Shown here one piece after another: positions 52,529 through 62,269 of a stretch of 64,000 bases of DNA. The notes below the pieces were generated by a model. The model was not told where the DNA came from, did not search any database, and saw nothing but the letters and a program-made list of their open reading frames with translations. How positions within the stretch are numbered: the stretch's first letter is position 1; every line of letters starts with the position of its first letter. The stretch lies in the IMG/VR virus record IMGVR_UViG_3300005573_000052. One strand, written 5' to 3'. The translations under genes and the position numbers were made by a program. Origin of the DNA: a virus.

Positions 52529-54511
52529 ATGTCTCGCCATCGTATCCTGCTCCAGACCAACCCTTGCTTTTTGCGCACAGGTTTAGCCGAGAACGCCAAG
52601 ACCCTCCTCCGTTACCTCTACTCCCGGCCCGATCTCTACGAGATAGCTCACTACTGCACGCAGGGCACCGTAACCAACGACCCACGCCTAAACCTCACCC
52701 CGTGGAAATCGTTTGGATGCATTCCGCCCGACCAAGAAATCATCAACCGTATCAACTCGGACCCCGGGTTTGCGCGCAACGCCACGTATGGCTCGGTCAA
52801 CATTGACAACGTGGTCAAGGAGTGGAAGCCGACCATCTGGATTGGGTCGGACGACGTGTGGAGTCATCCGCTTTCCGATTACGCCGAGAAGCCATGGTTC
52901 CAGCGCATCAACTCCATCCACCATTCCACGATTGATTCTGTTCCAGTGCTGGATCAAGCCTTTGAACAGGCCAAGAAGTCCAAGGTCTATCTGACGTGGG
53001 CCAAGTTCGCGGCGAAAGAGATGCGCCGGGTGGGCGGCGCGACGATGAACCACGTCTCGTCCATCTACGGCGCGATGGATACCAAGCTGTTCAGTCCGGT
53101 CTCCGAACAGGAGCGGCAAGCCTTTCGCGCGCGCTTCAATATCAGCCCCGATACCTTCGTCTTCCTATTCGTGTCCCGCAACCAGTTGCGCAAGCAGTTC
53201 CCGCGCTGTCTGGAGGCGTTCGCCATGTTCAAGCGCGACAACCCCGGCGTCAAGGCCAAGCTGCACTTTCACACCTCGTTCTCCGAGAAGGGCATGGGCT
53301 GGGACATCGAAAAGCTGGCGAAGTATCACGGTATCAAGACAGAGGACATCCTGTGCACCTACGTGTGCAAGGCGTGCGGTGCGTGGCTTATCGCCCCCTA
53401 TACCGGCGAAGATATCAACTGCCCGGTATGTCACGCCGAAAAAAGCATGGTGACCGCCAGCATCGTCCACGGCGTGCCGGGCGACCAGATGAGACTCGTC
53501 TATGGGGTTGCGGATGCGTGCCTGAGCATCTTCACCTCGGGCGGACAGGAATACCATAACGTCCAGTCGCTGCTCTGCGGCAAGCCCGTCGCTATCACCA
53601 ACTATTCATGTGGCGAGGATTTCTGCACCGACGAAACCGGCCCCTTCGTCTACCCCATCCGGTGGAAACCGTATGACGAGGCGGGGACGAATTTCACCAA
53701 GGCCGCGAGCGATGCGACTGAAATCGCCCGTTTCATGCGCAAGGTGGTCAATACGTCGAAGCGTGACTTGGCAGCATCGGCGGAAAAGGGGCGCGACTGG
53801 GCGGTGCGTAATTTCAGTATCGAGACCATCGGGGCGCAGTGGGATAAGCTGTTTGCGTCGTTGCCCTCCAATCTGGACTGGAGCACCGTGGACCTGACCA
53901 AGGCCGCGCCCAAGAACCCGGATTATCGCCCCGCAGCGGAAATCACGGACGACGGGAGCTGGCTGAAGGACATCTATCAGGGCATTCTGAATATGGCGGT
54001 GTCGGACCGGGATGAGGGATTATTGCACTGGCTGGAGCGACGACGGGCGGGTATCACCCGGGAGCAGATTCTCGCGTTTTTCGTCCAGACGGCCCAGCAG
54101 GAGAACCAGAAGAATGGGCATAGCACGGCGGGCGCGCCGACTGACTTTGGCGCGTTGCTGGACAATACGGGCAGGAAGCGAGGGCTAATCGTCATCAAGG
54201 AGAGCGTGGGCGACATCTGCATGGTCACATCCCTGTTCCCCTCATTCCACCGCCAGCATCCTGACACGGACCTGTATGTCATGGTGGGCCCCAAATATGC
54301 CGAGTTGCTGGCGGGCAATGAGCATGTCCACAAGGTGCTGCCCTACATCCCGGCGGGCGAATTGGAGTTGGCGATGATTGGACAGGGGACGGGGCGGGCT
54401 CTGTTCGATTGTTTTTATCACCCGGCTATCACCGCTCAACGCCACCTTGGCTACCTCAGTTCGCCCGAGCCCGAGTTCGACGTGAAAGACAAGACGGAGA
54501 CCCAATCATGA
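52529..54511 (+). CDS. GT4 glycosyltransferase with Zn-ribbon insert and GT9-like C-terminal segment
   Basis: VSRNQLRK, CKAC...CPVC, SGGQEY, ESVGDICMVTSL. Confidence 0.75.
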   Translation: MSRHRILLQTNPCFLRTGLAENAKTLLRYLYSRPDLYEIAHYCTQGTVTNDPRLNLTPWKSFGCIPPDQEIINRINSDPGFARNATYGSVNIDNVVKEWKPTIWIGSDDVWSHPLSDYAEKPWFQRINSIHHSTIDSVPVLDQAFEQAKKSKVYLTWAKFAAKEMRRVGGATMNHVSSIYGAMDTKLFSPVSEQERQAFRARFNISPDTFVFLFVSRNQLRKQFPRCLEAFAMFKRDNPGVKAKLHFHTSFSEKGMGWDIEKLAKYHGIKTEDILCTYVCKACGAWLIAPYTGEDINCPVCHAEKSMVTASIVHGVPGDQMRLVYGVADACLSIFTSGGQEYHNVQSLLCGKPVAITNYSCGEDFCTDETGPFVYPIRWKPYDEAGTNFTKAASDATEIARFMRKVVNTSKRDLAASAEKGRDWAVRNFSIETIGAQWDKLFASLPSNLDWSTVDLTKAAPKNPDYRPAAEITDDGSWLKDIYQGILNMAVSDRDEGLLHWLERRRAGITREQILAFFVQTAQQENQKNGHSTAGAPTDFGALLDNTGRKRGLIVIKESVGDICMVTSLFPSFHRQHPDTDLYVMVGPKYAELLAGNEHVHKVLPYIPAGELELAMIGQGTGRALFDCFYHPAITAQRHLGYLSSPEPEFDVKDKTETQS

Positions 54512-55782
54512 CCAAGCTAGTATCCCAATATGCCAAGGCTACAGGCCTGACGGTGTCGAAGCCAAACATCAAGGAGCAGTTCTATCCCATAGCGTTTGAC
54601 CGGTATGTCACGTTGCAGACGGGCGCGGGTCAGGACCCCAAAAAATACAGCTACTATCAGGAAGTTATCGCGCTGGTCAAGCCCATCCTCGACGCCAACC
54701 ATATCATCATCCTGCATCTCGGCGGCAAGGACGACCCGCAGGTCAACGGCGTGCATGATTTGCGCGGCAAGACCACCTTCCTGCAAGCCAACTATCTCAT
54801 CAAGCGCGCGGTCGCCCATATGGGCAACGATAGCTGGCTGATGCACTGCGCGGGCTGGCACTTCAAGCCACTGATAGGCCTGTTCGGCTCCACCCACCCG
54901 GATCAACACGGCCCCTATTGGTGCGACCCGGCCAACACGGTGCTGCTTCAGTCCCACCGCTGGGGTGGAAAACCGACTTACAGTGCGGGCGAGAATCCGA
55001 AGAGCATCGACACCATTCCGCCCGAACAGGTGGCTAACGCCCTCCTGCGCCTCCTCGGCATTAAGGACCAGTTTGCCTACCAGACCCGGTTCATCGGCCT
55101 GCTCTACACTGCCACGGTCATTGACCTCATCCCCGACTCCTTCCCGAACGCCGAGTTCTTGCCGGGCGCGCCGCTCAACGTCCGCATGGACTATTTGCAC
55201 AACGAGCAGGTGCTGGCTGACCTGCTGGCAACGGGCCGTAGGGTTAACATCTTCACCAAGGCCCCGATGGACATCAACTTGCTGAACAACCATCGGGGTC
55301 AGGTGCTGTCCTACAACCATGAGCTGGACGCGGGCACAGACGAGGCCAAGCTGCCCACCCTGCAATACGTGGACTTGATTCGCGCTGTGTGCCCGCACTA
55401 CGCCTTCTTCACGCGCGAGCAGGACGCGGCGAAGGTCAGTGCCCTGCGCTTCCGCTACTTTGACCACGTCACGGTCGAGCAGGTCAAGGACTTGACCAAG
55501 GAGGAATATCTGGGAGCGGCGATGGCCTATCTGAACTGGAAGGGCGAAGAGAAAAGGCTTGACTTGGGTAGGGAAGTGGCGCAGACTGGCGGGGTGCTCC
55601 GGTTCAAGACCAACAAGTTCATTTTAGCGGGTGGTTCGGCCTACCTCTCATACGCTCATCTCGCCGCCAAACAACCCACTCAGTCGCTTCAGGCGAACGA
55701 GGGGGAGGTAATTGACACTCCAGACCTGTGGAGAGATATCAATCACATGATGGTAACTTGGACTCCGGGCACACCCTCTTAA
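54508..55782 (+). CDS. GT9-like glycosyltransferase
   Basis: LHLGGKDD, DLRGKTT, GNDSWLMHCAG, GLFG. Confidence 0.7.
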   Translation: MTKLVSQYAKATGLTVSKPNIKEQFYPIAFDRYVTLQTGAGQDPKKYSYYQEVIALVKPILDANHIIILHLGGKDDPQVNGVHDLRGKTTFLQANYLIKRAVAHMGNDSWLMHCAGWHFKPLIGLFGSTHPDQHGPYWCDPANTVLLQSHRWGGKPTYSAGENPKSIDTIPPEQVANALLRLLGIKDQFAYQTRFIGLLYTATVIDLIPDSFPNAEFLPGAPLNVRMDYLHNEQVLADLLATGRRVNIFTKAPMDINLLNNHRGQVLSYNHELDAGTDEAKLPTLQYVDLIRAVCPHYAFFTREQDAAKVSALRFRYFDHVTVEQVKDLTKEEYLGAAMAYLNWKGEEKRLDLGREVAQTGGVLRFKTNKFILAGGSAYLSYAHLAAKQPTQSLQANEGEVIDTPDLWRDINHMMVTWTPGTPS

Positions 55783-55788
55783 CTTCCT

Positions 55789-56616
55789 ATGTCAACCCCT
55801 CCTGACTCCCCCGCTCCTCTCTCCCGCGCCTTTGAGCGCGACGCCCGCGGCCTCATCAAGGGCGTGGATTACTTCTATACCCCCGAAGGTCTGGTGGACT
55901 ATCGCCGTATGGTCTCGCCACGCTTCCTCTATGTCGCCCGTGAACACGAGGCCAAGGTGATTCAGCAGCAAAACAAGCCGTTGGCTGAGATTGACCTGCT
56001 GGCTGTGCGCGACGAATGGCTGCGCATCAGGATCGGCGGTATCAACCAACTCGCCCAACTGCGCGGGTATACGGACCTGAATTACTCCCAGTTCCAGACT
56101 CGCGAGGGATTCGCGGCGGTCGTGTGCTCGATGACGTTCATCGGCAACTACGAGACCAGCCATCAACCATTCACCTGCTCAGCCATCGCCAGCGCCACGA
56201 TGCGTTCCGTGGACCGCAATTTCACCCCCTATCTTGAGACGTTTGCCGAAAACCGGGCGTTCAGTCGATGCGTGAAGCGGGCACTCCAACTCAACATCCT
56301 CGCCGATATTGAGATTGGTGGAGATGGGCGGGATGCGGCCAAGGATAACGGTTCGGACGCTGAGGTTCATGAGGCAGTCATTGGCACGGCCCCGGGCGGC
56401 TTTGAGCCCAAGGACGAGCTGGCTCGCCTCTGCGCGGCGCAGAAGACCCCCATCACGTTTGAGGCCCTGAAGACCGGCGCGCTGAAATACGTGGCGGAAC
56501 TGAAGTCCAACCCGGCGGAATGGACGGGGTTTGATTCCATCCAGCCCATTGATGCCTACGTGCTCATCAACAAGATTCGTGACGGGGCGAACAAGGTCAA
56601 GGCAGGGCAACGGTAA
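55789..56616 (+). CDS. putative single-strand annealing recombinase (Rad52/Sak-like)
   Basis: GGINQLAQLRG, AENRAFSRCVKRAL; near the SSB-like gene. Confidence 0.5.
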   Translation: MSTPPDSPAPLSRAFERDARGLIKGVDYFYTPEGLVDYRRMVSPRFLYVAREHEAKVIQQQNKPLAEIDLLAVRDEWLRIRIGGINQLAQLRGYTDLNYSQFQTREGFAAVVCSMTFIGNYETSHQPFTCSAIASATMRSVDRNFTPYLETFAENRAFSRCVKRALQLNILADIEIGGDGRDAAKDNGSDAEVHEAVIGTAPGGFEPKDELARLCAAQKTPITFEALKTGALKYVAELKSNPAEWTGFDSIQPIDAYVLINKIRDGANKVKAGQR

Positions 56617-56631
56617 CGAAAAAGGTTAGCC

Positions 56632-56925
56632 ATGACGGGCTCTCCCTCAACTCCCGCCGATTCAACGGCCCCGTGTGCCGGCCTCGGCTCTGAGCGATTG
56701 TTAGCCGTTTCCTCTGTGAGCAGGCATGGCACGTTACACGAGTGGGAGCTGTGTGCTGATGGAATCTACTATTCCCGTTGCGGGCGCACATGGGAGAAAC
56801 CGGAAAACCTACAGAATACCACGGAGGCGATAAAGCGGTGCCGCTTTTGCTTTCCGGCTAATATTGACAGTCAGACGCAGCCACCATCACCAATCAGCCT
56901 TAACCATGCCAACCTTGACGCCTGA
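56632..56925 (+). CDS. hypothetical protein
   Basis: ORF track; Cys-containing. Confidence 0.45.
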   Translation: MTGSPSTPADSTAPCAGLGSERLLAVSSVSRHGTLHEWELCADGIYYSRCGRTWEKPENLQNTTEAIKRCRFCFPANIDSQTQPPSPISLNHANLDA

Positions 56926-57130
56926 AAACAAAAACGTGAGTGCCAGCCGGACAAATAAGGTCGTTATTCGTGGTGTCCTTGTCAGGGGTCTCCTGAAATC
57001 GTGGGCATGGTTCTGGTGCATAATCGCCGCGCCATTTGGATACATAACCGTGCTCTGCTCCTTAATCGGACTTGGCCCGAAGAAGGCTAAAAATTGGGCA
57101 AAACACTGCGGACTTCCGTGGTTTCCCTAA
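56906..57130 (+). CDS. hypothetical membrane protein
   Basis: hydrophobic segment. Confidence 0.45.
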   Translation: MPTLTPENKNVSASRTNKVVIRGVLVRGLLKSWAWFWCIIAAPFGYITVLCSLIGLGPKKAKNWAKHCGLPWFP

Positions 57131-57193
57131 CAAACGCACTTCAGACACGAGCGAAGCGAGTCGTCTGTAAAGCAATAGTTAGACTTTCACTTT

Positions 57194-57430
57194 ATGATTA
57201 AAGGACGAAAATTTTACGAAAAAAACTGGAGACGGCTAGAGCAAAACGAGATTCCAGCTTACGGAGACGTTTGGTTCCCCGGCGGCCCATGTTCAGGATG
57301 GAAGCCAAGAGTCTTAAAAGAAGGCGAGGACTGTTTAGACCCCGTTGGTGCTCAGGATGGGGCTATTTACCGGAAACGTAATGGAAAGAAGCCGGAATTT
57401 TGGACGCCTAACGAAAAAGGCCAAACATGA
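57194..57430 (+). CDS. hypothetical protein
   Basis: operon packing. Confidence 0.5.
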   Translation: MIKGRKFYEKNWRRLEQNEIPAYGDVWFPGGPCSGWKPRVLKEGEDCLDPVGAQDGAIYRKRNGKKPEFWTPNEKGQT

Positions 57431-57687
57431 CGCACTCTCATTCATCTCTAACAAATTATCCGGCAACGTGTGCGGCATTGCCTGTGCCGCCGGATTCGGC
57501 GGAGGACGCTTTATTACCAGAAACAGAAGTTCGGGCGGAGTATGACCGCCTGTGCAAGCAACTCGACACAACCAAATGGACCGCCGCCGATTACGGAACT
57601 TTTTTCTGTTTCTTTTCCCACGGGTGGTATGGTCGCGCTTCTGAAGCGGCCTATCAACAGAAGCCGAACGGTCCCGATGACGCATGA
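57427..57687 (+). CDS. hypothetical protein
   Basis: ATGA overlaps. Confidence 0.5.
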   Translation: MTHSHSSLTNYPATCAALPVPPDSAEDALLPETEVRAEYDRLCKQLDTTKWTAADYGTFFCFFSHGWYGRASEAAYQQKPNGPDDA

Positions 57688-57917
57688 TGAAACCGGCCAA
57701 AACACTCTCAAAGACGCAGCGAAATTCGCTGTGTCTGACAGGTGATTGGGCGCAGGAGATGCGAAAGCACCAAGAGCGCGCCGCAGTAGCGCGTGATATG
57801 ATGTATCGCTCCGATACGCTCATTGAGCATAAAAGGTGGAAGGCTTTCTGCGAAAGCCGCGAGCGAATGGCCGAGACATGCGTCCCTCTAGCACCCAACA
57901 CCAAAATTGTGCCATAA
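57684..57917 (+). CDS. hypothetical protein
   Basis: ATGA overlap. Confidence 0.5.
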   Translation: MMKPAKTLSKTQRNSLCLTGDWAQEMRKHQERAAVARDMMYRSDTLIEHKRWKAFCESRERMAETCVPLAPNTKIVP

Positions 57918-57960
57918 CAGGACGCAGCCTTGAGAAAATGCTTGACAAGCTGGTCAAAGT

Positions 57961-58185
57961 ATGAATAATGGAGAGAATATGAAAAAACTTACGAAAGAAT
58001 TGGTTGGCAAAACGCTCAAATGCGGGGAAGAATGGTATGGTGGTTTTGTTTTTTACGTTGGCGTATACCAAAGTCCTAAGGGCGACTTTTTGGCTGAACG
58101 AAAAGTGTATGTAAATTCATACACGAACAAGATTGAAAGGGAGAAAAAAATGCGGAAGTGTTTGTGCCTTTTGGGTTTGAGATAG
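57961..58185 (+). CDS. hypothetical protein (AT-rich)
   Basis: TTGACA at 57942 upstream. Confidence 0.45.
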   Translation: MNNGENMKKLTKELVGKTLKCGEEWYGGFVFYVGVYQSPKGDFLAERKVYVNSYTNKIEREKKMRKCLCLLGLR

Positions 58186-58215
58186 CCAGCGAATCTGACT
58201 TGCCAAACTCTAAAG

Positions 58216-58539
58216 ATGAACCAGATGGCCAATCTACCTGACATGAAAACCACCAAAAAACATGCGCGCGTGCATCTTGGCTTTGGCGATTTGTTCGGCG
58301 AGGGCGCTTGGCCGCTCCCGAAACGCTTCGATTTTCCGGACGGATCAACGCTGCGGCGCTTTGCCCGCAAGACTCCCCGAGATGGTGGAACTACCGACTG
58401 CGTGGACTGCGGCACCGCAATCTCACAGGGTGCACTCTGCGCCTCGTGCTGGGCAAAATGCGCTTTTCCATCTTCGCTGAACGTGGAGATGAGCCACGGC
58501 GCTCGCGAGGACGGAGCTAAGCACAACCCAAAACCATGA
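58216..58539 (+). CDS. hypothetical protein with Zn-finger
   Basis: CVDC...CASC. Confidence 0.5.
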   Translation: MNQMANLPDMKTTKKHARVHLGFGDLFGEGAWPLPKRFDFPDGSTLRRFARKTPRDGGTTDCVDCGTAISQGALCASCWAKCAFPSSLNVEMSHGAREDGAKHNPKP

Positions 58540-58582
58540 CGCGAGCGACGTTGGTTCTCTATCGACTGGTTAGCCACTTTTT

Positions 58583-58858
58583 ATGGACGCAATACAAAAC
58601 CCAATAATCCCCGACGCCTACGCGAACTTCGCGAGGGCTTGCGCTGCGCTCGCCGAGAGCCACGGCATCTCAACCTTCCAACTCAAGATCACGCCGAAGT
58701 GGCGCGACCCGATGCCGCCGAACGTCCAAATTCACGGCGACGTGCAGATCAACTATGCGGCCACGGACGGACGCGGACGCCCATGCACAAACCTCAGCGT
58801 GTATCTGACGACCAACACGCAACTGGGCGTCGTCCGCACACCGGAGTCTTGTGGCTAA
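58583..58858 (+). CDS. hypothetical protein
   Basis: ORF track. Confidence 0.55.
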   Translation: MDAIQNPIIPDAYANFARACAALAESHGISTFQLKITPKWRDPMPPNVQIHGDVQINYAATDGRGRPCTNLSVYLTTNTQLGVVRTPESCG

Positions 58859-58900
58859 CAAACAGGTGAGCAACGCCCCGCAGAGCGTGCCGCCGACCCT

Positions 58901-59167
58901 TTGAAAACCATGAACTCTCCGAGCGTAGAACAAACTCACGAGCAACCCCCGATGCGGGGCGTTGGCTCTAGCGACAGTTCGGCAATTCGCGAGATGCACC
59001 TCGGAACAATGACCGACGCCGAGCAGCGCCGCTGCCTCGAAATCGGGAAGCGCATCCCATCGCTGCGCTGGTGGTATTCGATGCACGCAAAACTCGGCTG
59101 CTCTCCCCGTGACGCGGTGGACGCCGGACGTTTCGCCGACGTGGAAGCCCTCTTGCCGAACATTTAG
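58901..59167 (+). CDS. hypothetical protein
   Basis: ORF track. Confidence 0.5.
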   Translation: MKTMNSPSVEQTHEQPPMRGVGSSDSSAIREMHLGTMTDAEQRRCLEIGKRIPSLRWWYSMHAKLGCSPRDAVDAGRFADVEALLPNI

Positions 59168-59237
59168 CTCAGCCACGGCGCAAGCCGTTGGCTGGGGCGT
59201 CTGGTTGGGCGCTTCCCGACCGAAAACCAAAACATCA

Positions 59238-59480
59238 ATGCACTACAGAAACGGCCGAGAGGCCAAAAACGGTGACAAAATCGTCCGCCTGAACGGCGGC
59301 AAAATCGAAGCCTTCGGCGTGCTGCACAGCGCCACTCCGGGTAACGACTACTGCAACGGCAATATCGCCGTGGTCCAGTCCGCGCAGGAATACGCCTGCA
59401 TGTGCGACTGCATCCACGTCGATGACCTCGCGGCGATCCTCGCCGAAAAGGGCCTAGATAAACGTCCCGCTGGCAAGTGA
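59238..59480 (+). CDS. hypothetical protein
   Basis: MHYRNGREAKNGDKIV. Confidence 0.6.
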   Translation: MHYRNGREAKNGDKIVRLNGGKIEAFGVLHSATPGNDYCNGNIAVVQSAQEYACMCDCIHVDDLAAILAEKGLDKRPAGK

Positions 59481-59513
59481 TGCCTGACAGCCGGGAAAGA
59501 CCGGCACCAATCT

Positions 59514-59867
59514 ATGAACACTCGAAATCTCAACTGGGCGCAGGTGAAACCGCTGGAAGACAAGCAACTCTTCATCGGGTGCGCGTGCTGCTCGACCGCG
59601 TGCCGAATCGCTCACGCTGACCTGCCAATCGCGGTCGGCTTCGGCTCCGCTGTGCTCACGAAAGACGACGAGCTGATCTACTCCGAGACGCAGGACGGGC
59701 CGGTCTGGACCGTGGCAGACGCCGAAAAGCTCGCCGCAGCCGACCCGGATCACGACTGGCGTATCCAGAAGGACGGGCCGCTGCACGGTGAAACCTTCCA
59801 GCGCCACGCGAAAGGCAAATATGCCGGCCAGTGGGTCTGCATCGAGAGCAACCAAGGCTTCGCATGA
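59514..59867 (+). CDS. hypothetical protein
   Basis: CACC motif; ORF track. Confidence 0.6.
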   Translation: MNTRNLNWAQVKPLEDKQLFIGCACCSTACRIAHADLPIAVGFGSAVLTKDDELIYSETQDGPVWTVADAEKLAAADPDHDWRIQKDGPLHGETFQRHAKGKYAGQWVCIESNQGFA

Positions 59868-60045
59868 TTTCGCCCAACAAAGGAATATGACGACTAGCAC
59901 CTCATAATCGCCTCTAATTAAACAAGCAAACAAATCCGTATCAATGTGTTGCGGCGTTAGCGAGACAACCGCAGGCATTATCAGCTTTGTTTTACTCCGT
60001 CCTAAGTTAAGAGCATAGAGCGGTGTATAGAAGGGGAACCGCTCC

Positions 60046-60495
60046 ATGTCCTCCCTGTTCACCCCCACCCAGTTAACCAGCTATGACGCCGCGCTGGACA
60101 ACGTGTTCGACACGTTCAAGCGCCCCATCATGGCGTATGTCGAGGCGCAGGCTATAACCCTGTCGTCTTCAATGACTTACAGCCGGTTCGGCCAGCATGA
60201 CCAGAATGTGCTGAACCCTCCGGTCACCCCCCAAGGCACCCAGATTTACGCGTGTATCAGGTATGGCAACGGTCAAGCTTACGATTTCATGGCCCCGGGC
60301 AGTGATGTGCAGTTAAAACTGCGCGAATCGGAAGGACTGGTTCGCATCAAGGTAGACGCGACTGGCTACGAAATCATGAAGAATGCCAAAACGGTGGTCT
60401 TGGATGGTTTCACTTTCACCATTGACTCGACGCCGCGCCCGCATGGGCTGGTCACTCCGCACCGTTGGACATTCATGATGCGGAAAACGGATTAA
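60046..60495 (+). CDS. putative head-tail adaptor/closure protein
   Basis: late motif upstream; position before the neck/tail genes. Confidence 0.55.
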   Translation: MSSLFTPTQLTSYDAALDNVFDTFKRPIMAYVEAQAITLSSSMTYSRFGQHDQNVLNPPVTPQGTQIYACIRYGNGQAYDFMAPGSDVQLKLRESEGLVRIKVDATGYEIMKNAKTVVLDGFTFTIDSTPRPHGLVTPHRWTFMMRKTD

Positions 60496-60499
60496 GGCC

Positions 60500-61159
60500 A
60501 TGGCCATCTACATCGACATCCCGTTGCGGACACGCCAAGCCATCATTGAGGAGGCGGGATTGACTGTCCGGCGCGAAGCCGAGCGGGTCATCAAACGGGA
60601 GTATTTCGACCCGGCGGTGGAGCAGATGAAGCAGGATTTTCTGAGCCATCCAGTGACGGAGGAACTGAAGCTGGGAGCGCAAAATGCCGCCAAGACGCCC
60701 AATATCAGTGGGACACTGGAAGGCGATTTCAAGCTGGATGGCGAGGACACAACCACGCCTAACCTGTTCTCGTTCATTGGGTTCAATGAGGGAGAAGACC
60801 CCACGGTGCCCATTGAGGAAGCTCTGAACTCGCGCCAACCGGGCATCGGCCCCACCCTTGAGTTTAAAGAGAAACAGAAGAATGACAAAGGGGTGAGATT
60901 CGTGTTTCAGGTGTCTGCGCCAGACGAGAACGTCATCTACAATGACACTCCCATGCCGGGGTGGGATGACATGTCGTGGGCTTACCGCATCGAGCACGGC
61001 ATCCCGGGCATCGGGTTCTTTCTCAATGCCGAGCGCAAGAACAGCTTGTCGGGTGGAGGTATTCAGGTTCGCAATAAACTGCGGGGAGGGCGTTTTCGCC
61101 CGGTTAGCTACCTCACCACCATCTTCAAGGACTTCCTGCGGCGCGCGACGCCGAAGTGA
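60500..61159 (+). CDS. putative neck/tail-completion protein
   Basis: synteny; WAYRIEHGIPG. Confidence 0.5.
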   Translation: MAIYIDIPLRTRQAIIEEAGLTVRREAERVIKREYFDPAVEQMKQDFLSHPVTEELKLGAQNAAKTPNISGTLEGDFKLDGEDTTTPNLFSFIGFNEGEDPTVPIEEALNSRQPGIGPTLEFKEKQKNDKGVRFVFQVSAPDENVIYNDTPMPGWDDMSWAYRIEHGIPGIGFFLNAERKNSLSGGGIQVRNKLRGGRFRPVSYLTTIFKDFLRRATPK

Positions 61160-61220
61160 TGGGTAGAGCGGGTGTATAGGAGGGGAAAGGTGTGCCTAGG
61201 CAGGCCACCGACACTCCCTC

Positions 61221-62090
61221 ATGGTCCCCCAGTTCTCCAATAACCTATACGCGAGCACCTTCCTCTGGCTTGAACATCAGTTCGCCCAGAAGGCGGTCGC
61301 GTATCAGACCCTGACGACCCCACTCTACTACGTGCCCGACACCCAGTTGCCAGTGGGTTACGTGCGCTACAGTTCGCCTCTAAAAGGCTGGGTTTATGAT
61401 TCGGGTGTCAGTGGAGCAGTGGTGATTCAAACGGTCAGCGGGGCAAGCGGCATTTTGCTCCAACGGTCGAGCGGGATGAAGATCGACTACAACAACGGTG
61501 GCATCATCCTACCCTCTTCTTATGGCACAGGTCTCACGCTGACTGGCACTTACAGCTTCCGTGAGGTCAATATGTATCAGGCCAATGAGACTCAAGAGGC
61601 CCTGATTACGCAGGGAAAGTTCTTCCGCAACCCCCGGTTCGTTTATCAAGCCACCTCAGGTATAGCTCCCTATACCTATGTCACGCCCGCCGTGTTTCTT
61701 GACATCCTCAGTTCCAAAACCGATGCATTCCAGTTTGGCGGGTTGATAGAAAGCACCGTGACCTTCACGGCGACCATTTTGGCTGAATCCACCTTCCAGC
61801 TCAACGCGTTGCTGTCCATTTCCAGTGACCAGAAATATCAGTATCTGCCCGTCTTCAACGCCATTGATGACGTGGTGGACGAATGGGGCGATACCAAAAG
61901 CGGGCTCTACAATTACAATGCGCTGGTTGAGATGTGGGGCACGCCCGGCAATCTCGCCTACGTCAAAAACGTGAGAACGGCCAAAATGTCGGACCGGGTC
62001 AAGGCCAACCCTCTGCTGTTCATCGGAGTGGCTGATTTCGAGATAAGCTATGTCCGGCAAGCACCGATTTCGACTAATGTGTTCGTTTGA
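61221..62090 (+). CDS. putative tail terminator/completion protein
   Basis: synteny; late motif upstream. Confidence 0.5.
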   Translation: MVPQFSNNLYASTFLWLEHQFAQKAVAYQTLTTPLYYVPDTQLPVGYVRYSSPLKGWVYDSGVSGAVVIQTVSGASGILLQRSSGMKIDYNNGGIILPSSYGTGLTLTGTYSFREVNMYQANETQEALITQGKFFRNPRFVYQATSGIAPYTYVTPAVFLDILSSKTDAFQFGGLIESTVTFTATILAESTFQLNALLSISSDQKYQYLPVFNAIDDVVDEWGDTKSGLYNYNALVEMWGTPGNLAYVKNVRTAKMSDRVKANPLLFIGVADFEISYVRQAPISTNVFV

Positions 62091-62269
62091 TGACTGTTTC
62101 ACTCCGCTACCCCAAGTGTATCTCCTGCTCTCAACCCCTTTTTCCAGTCCAGCTAGCCCAAGGTCCAAGGTAACGTAACCCACCCCGCCCATGCCCAACG
62201 CACGTTAGCTCGGGTAAAAATAACAAGAGAATCTGTCGAATCTTGTTCTGGCGGGTGTATAGTAGGCCG

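Noticed and set aside
62110-62200. Relic promoter and start (GTGTAT...ATGCCCAAC) resembling the tail-gene start ATGCCTAAC
   Set aside because: The similarity is only ~9 nt. It would need an empty-site allele to be meaningful.
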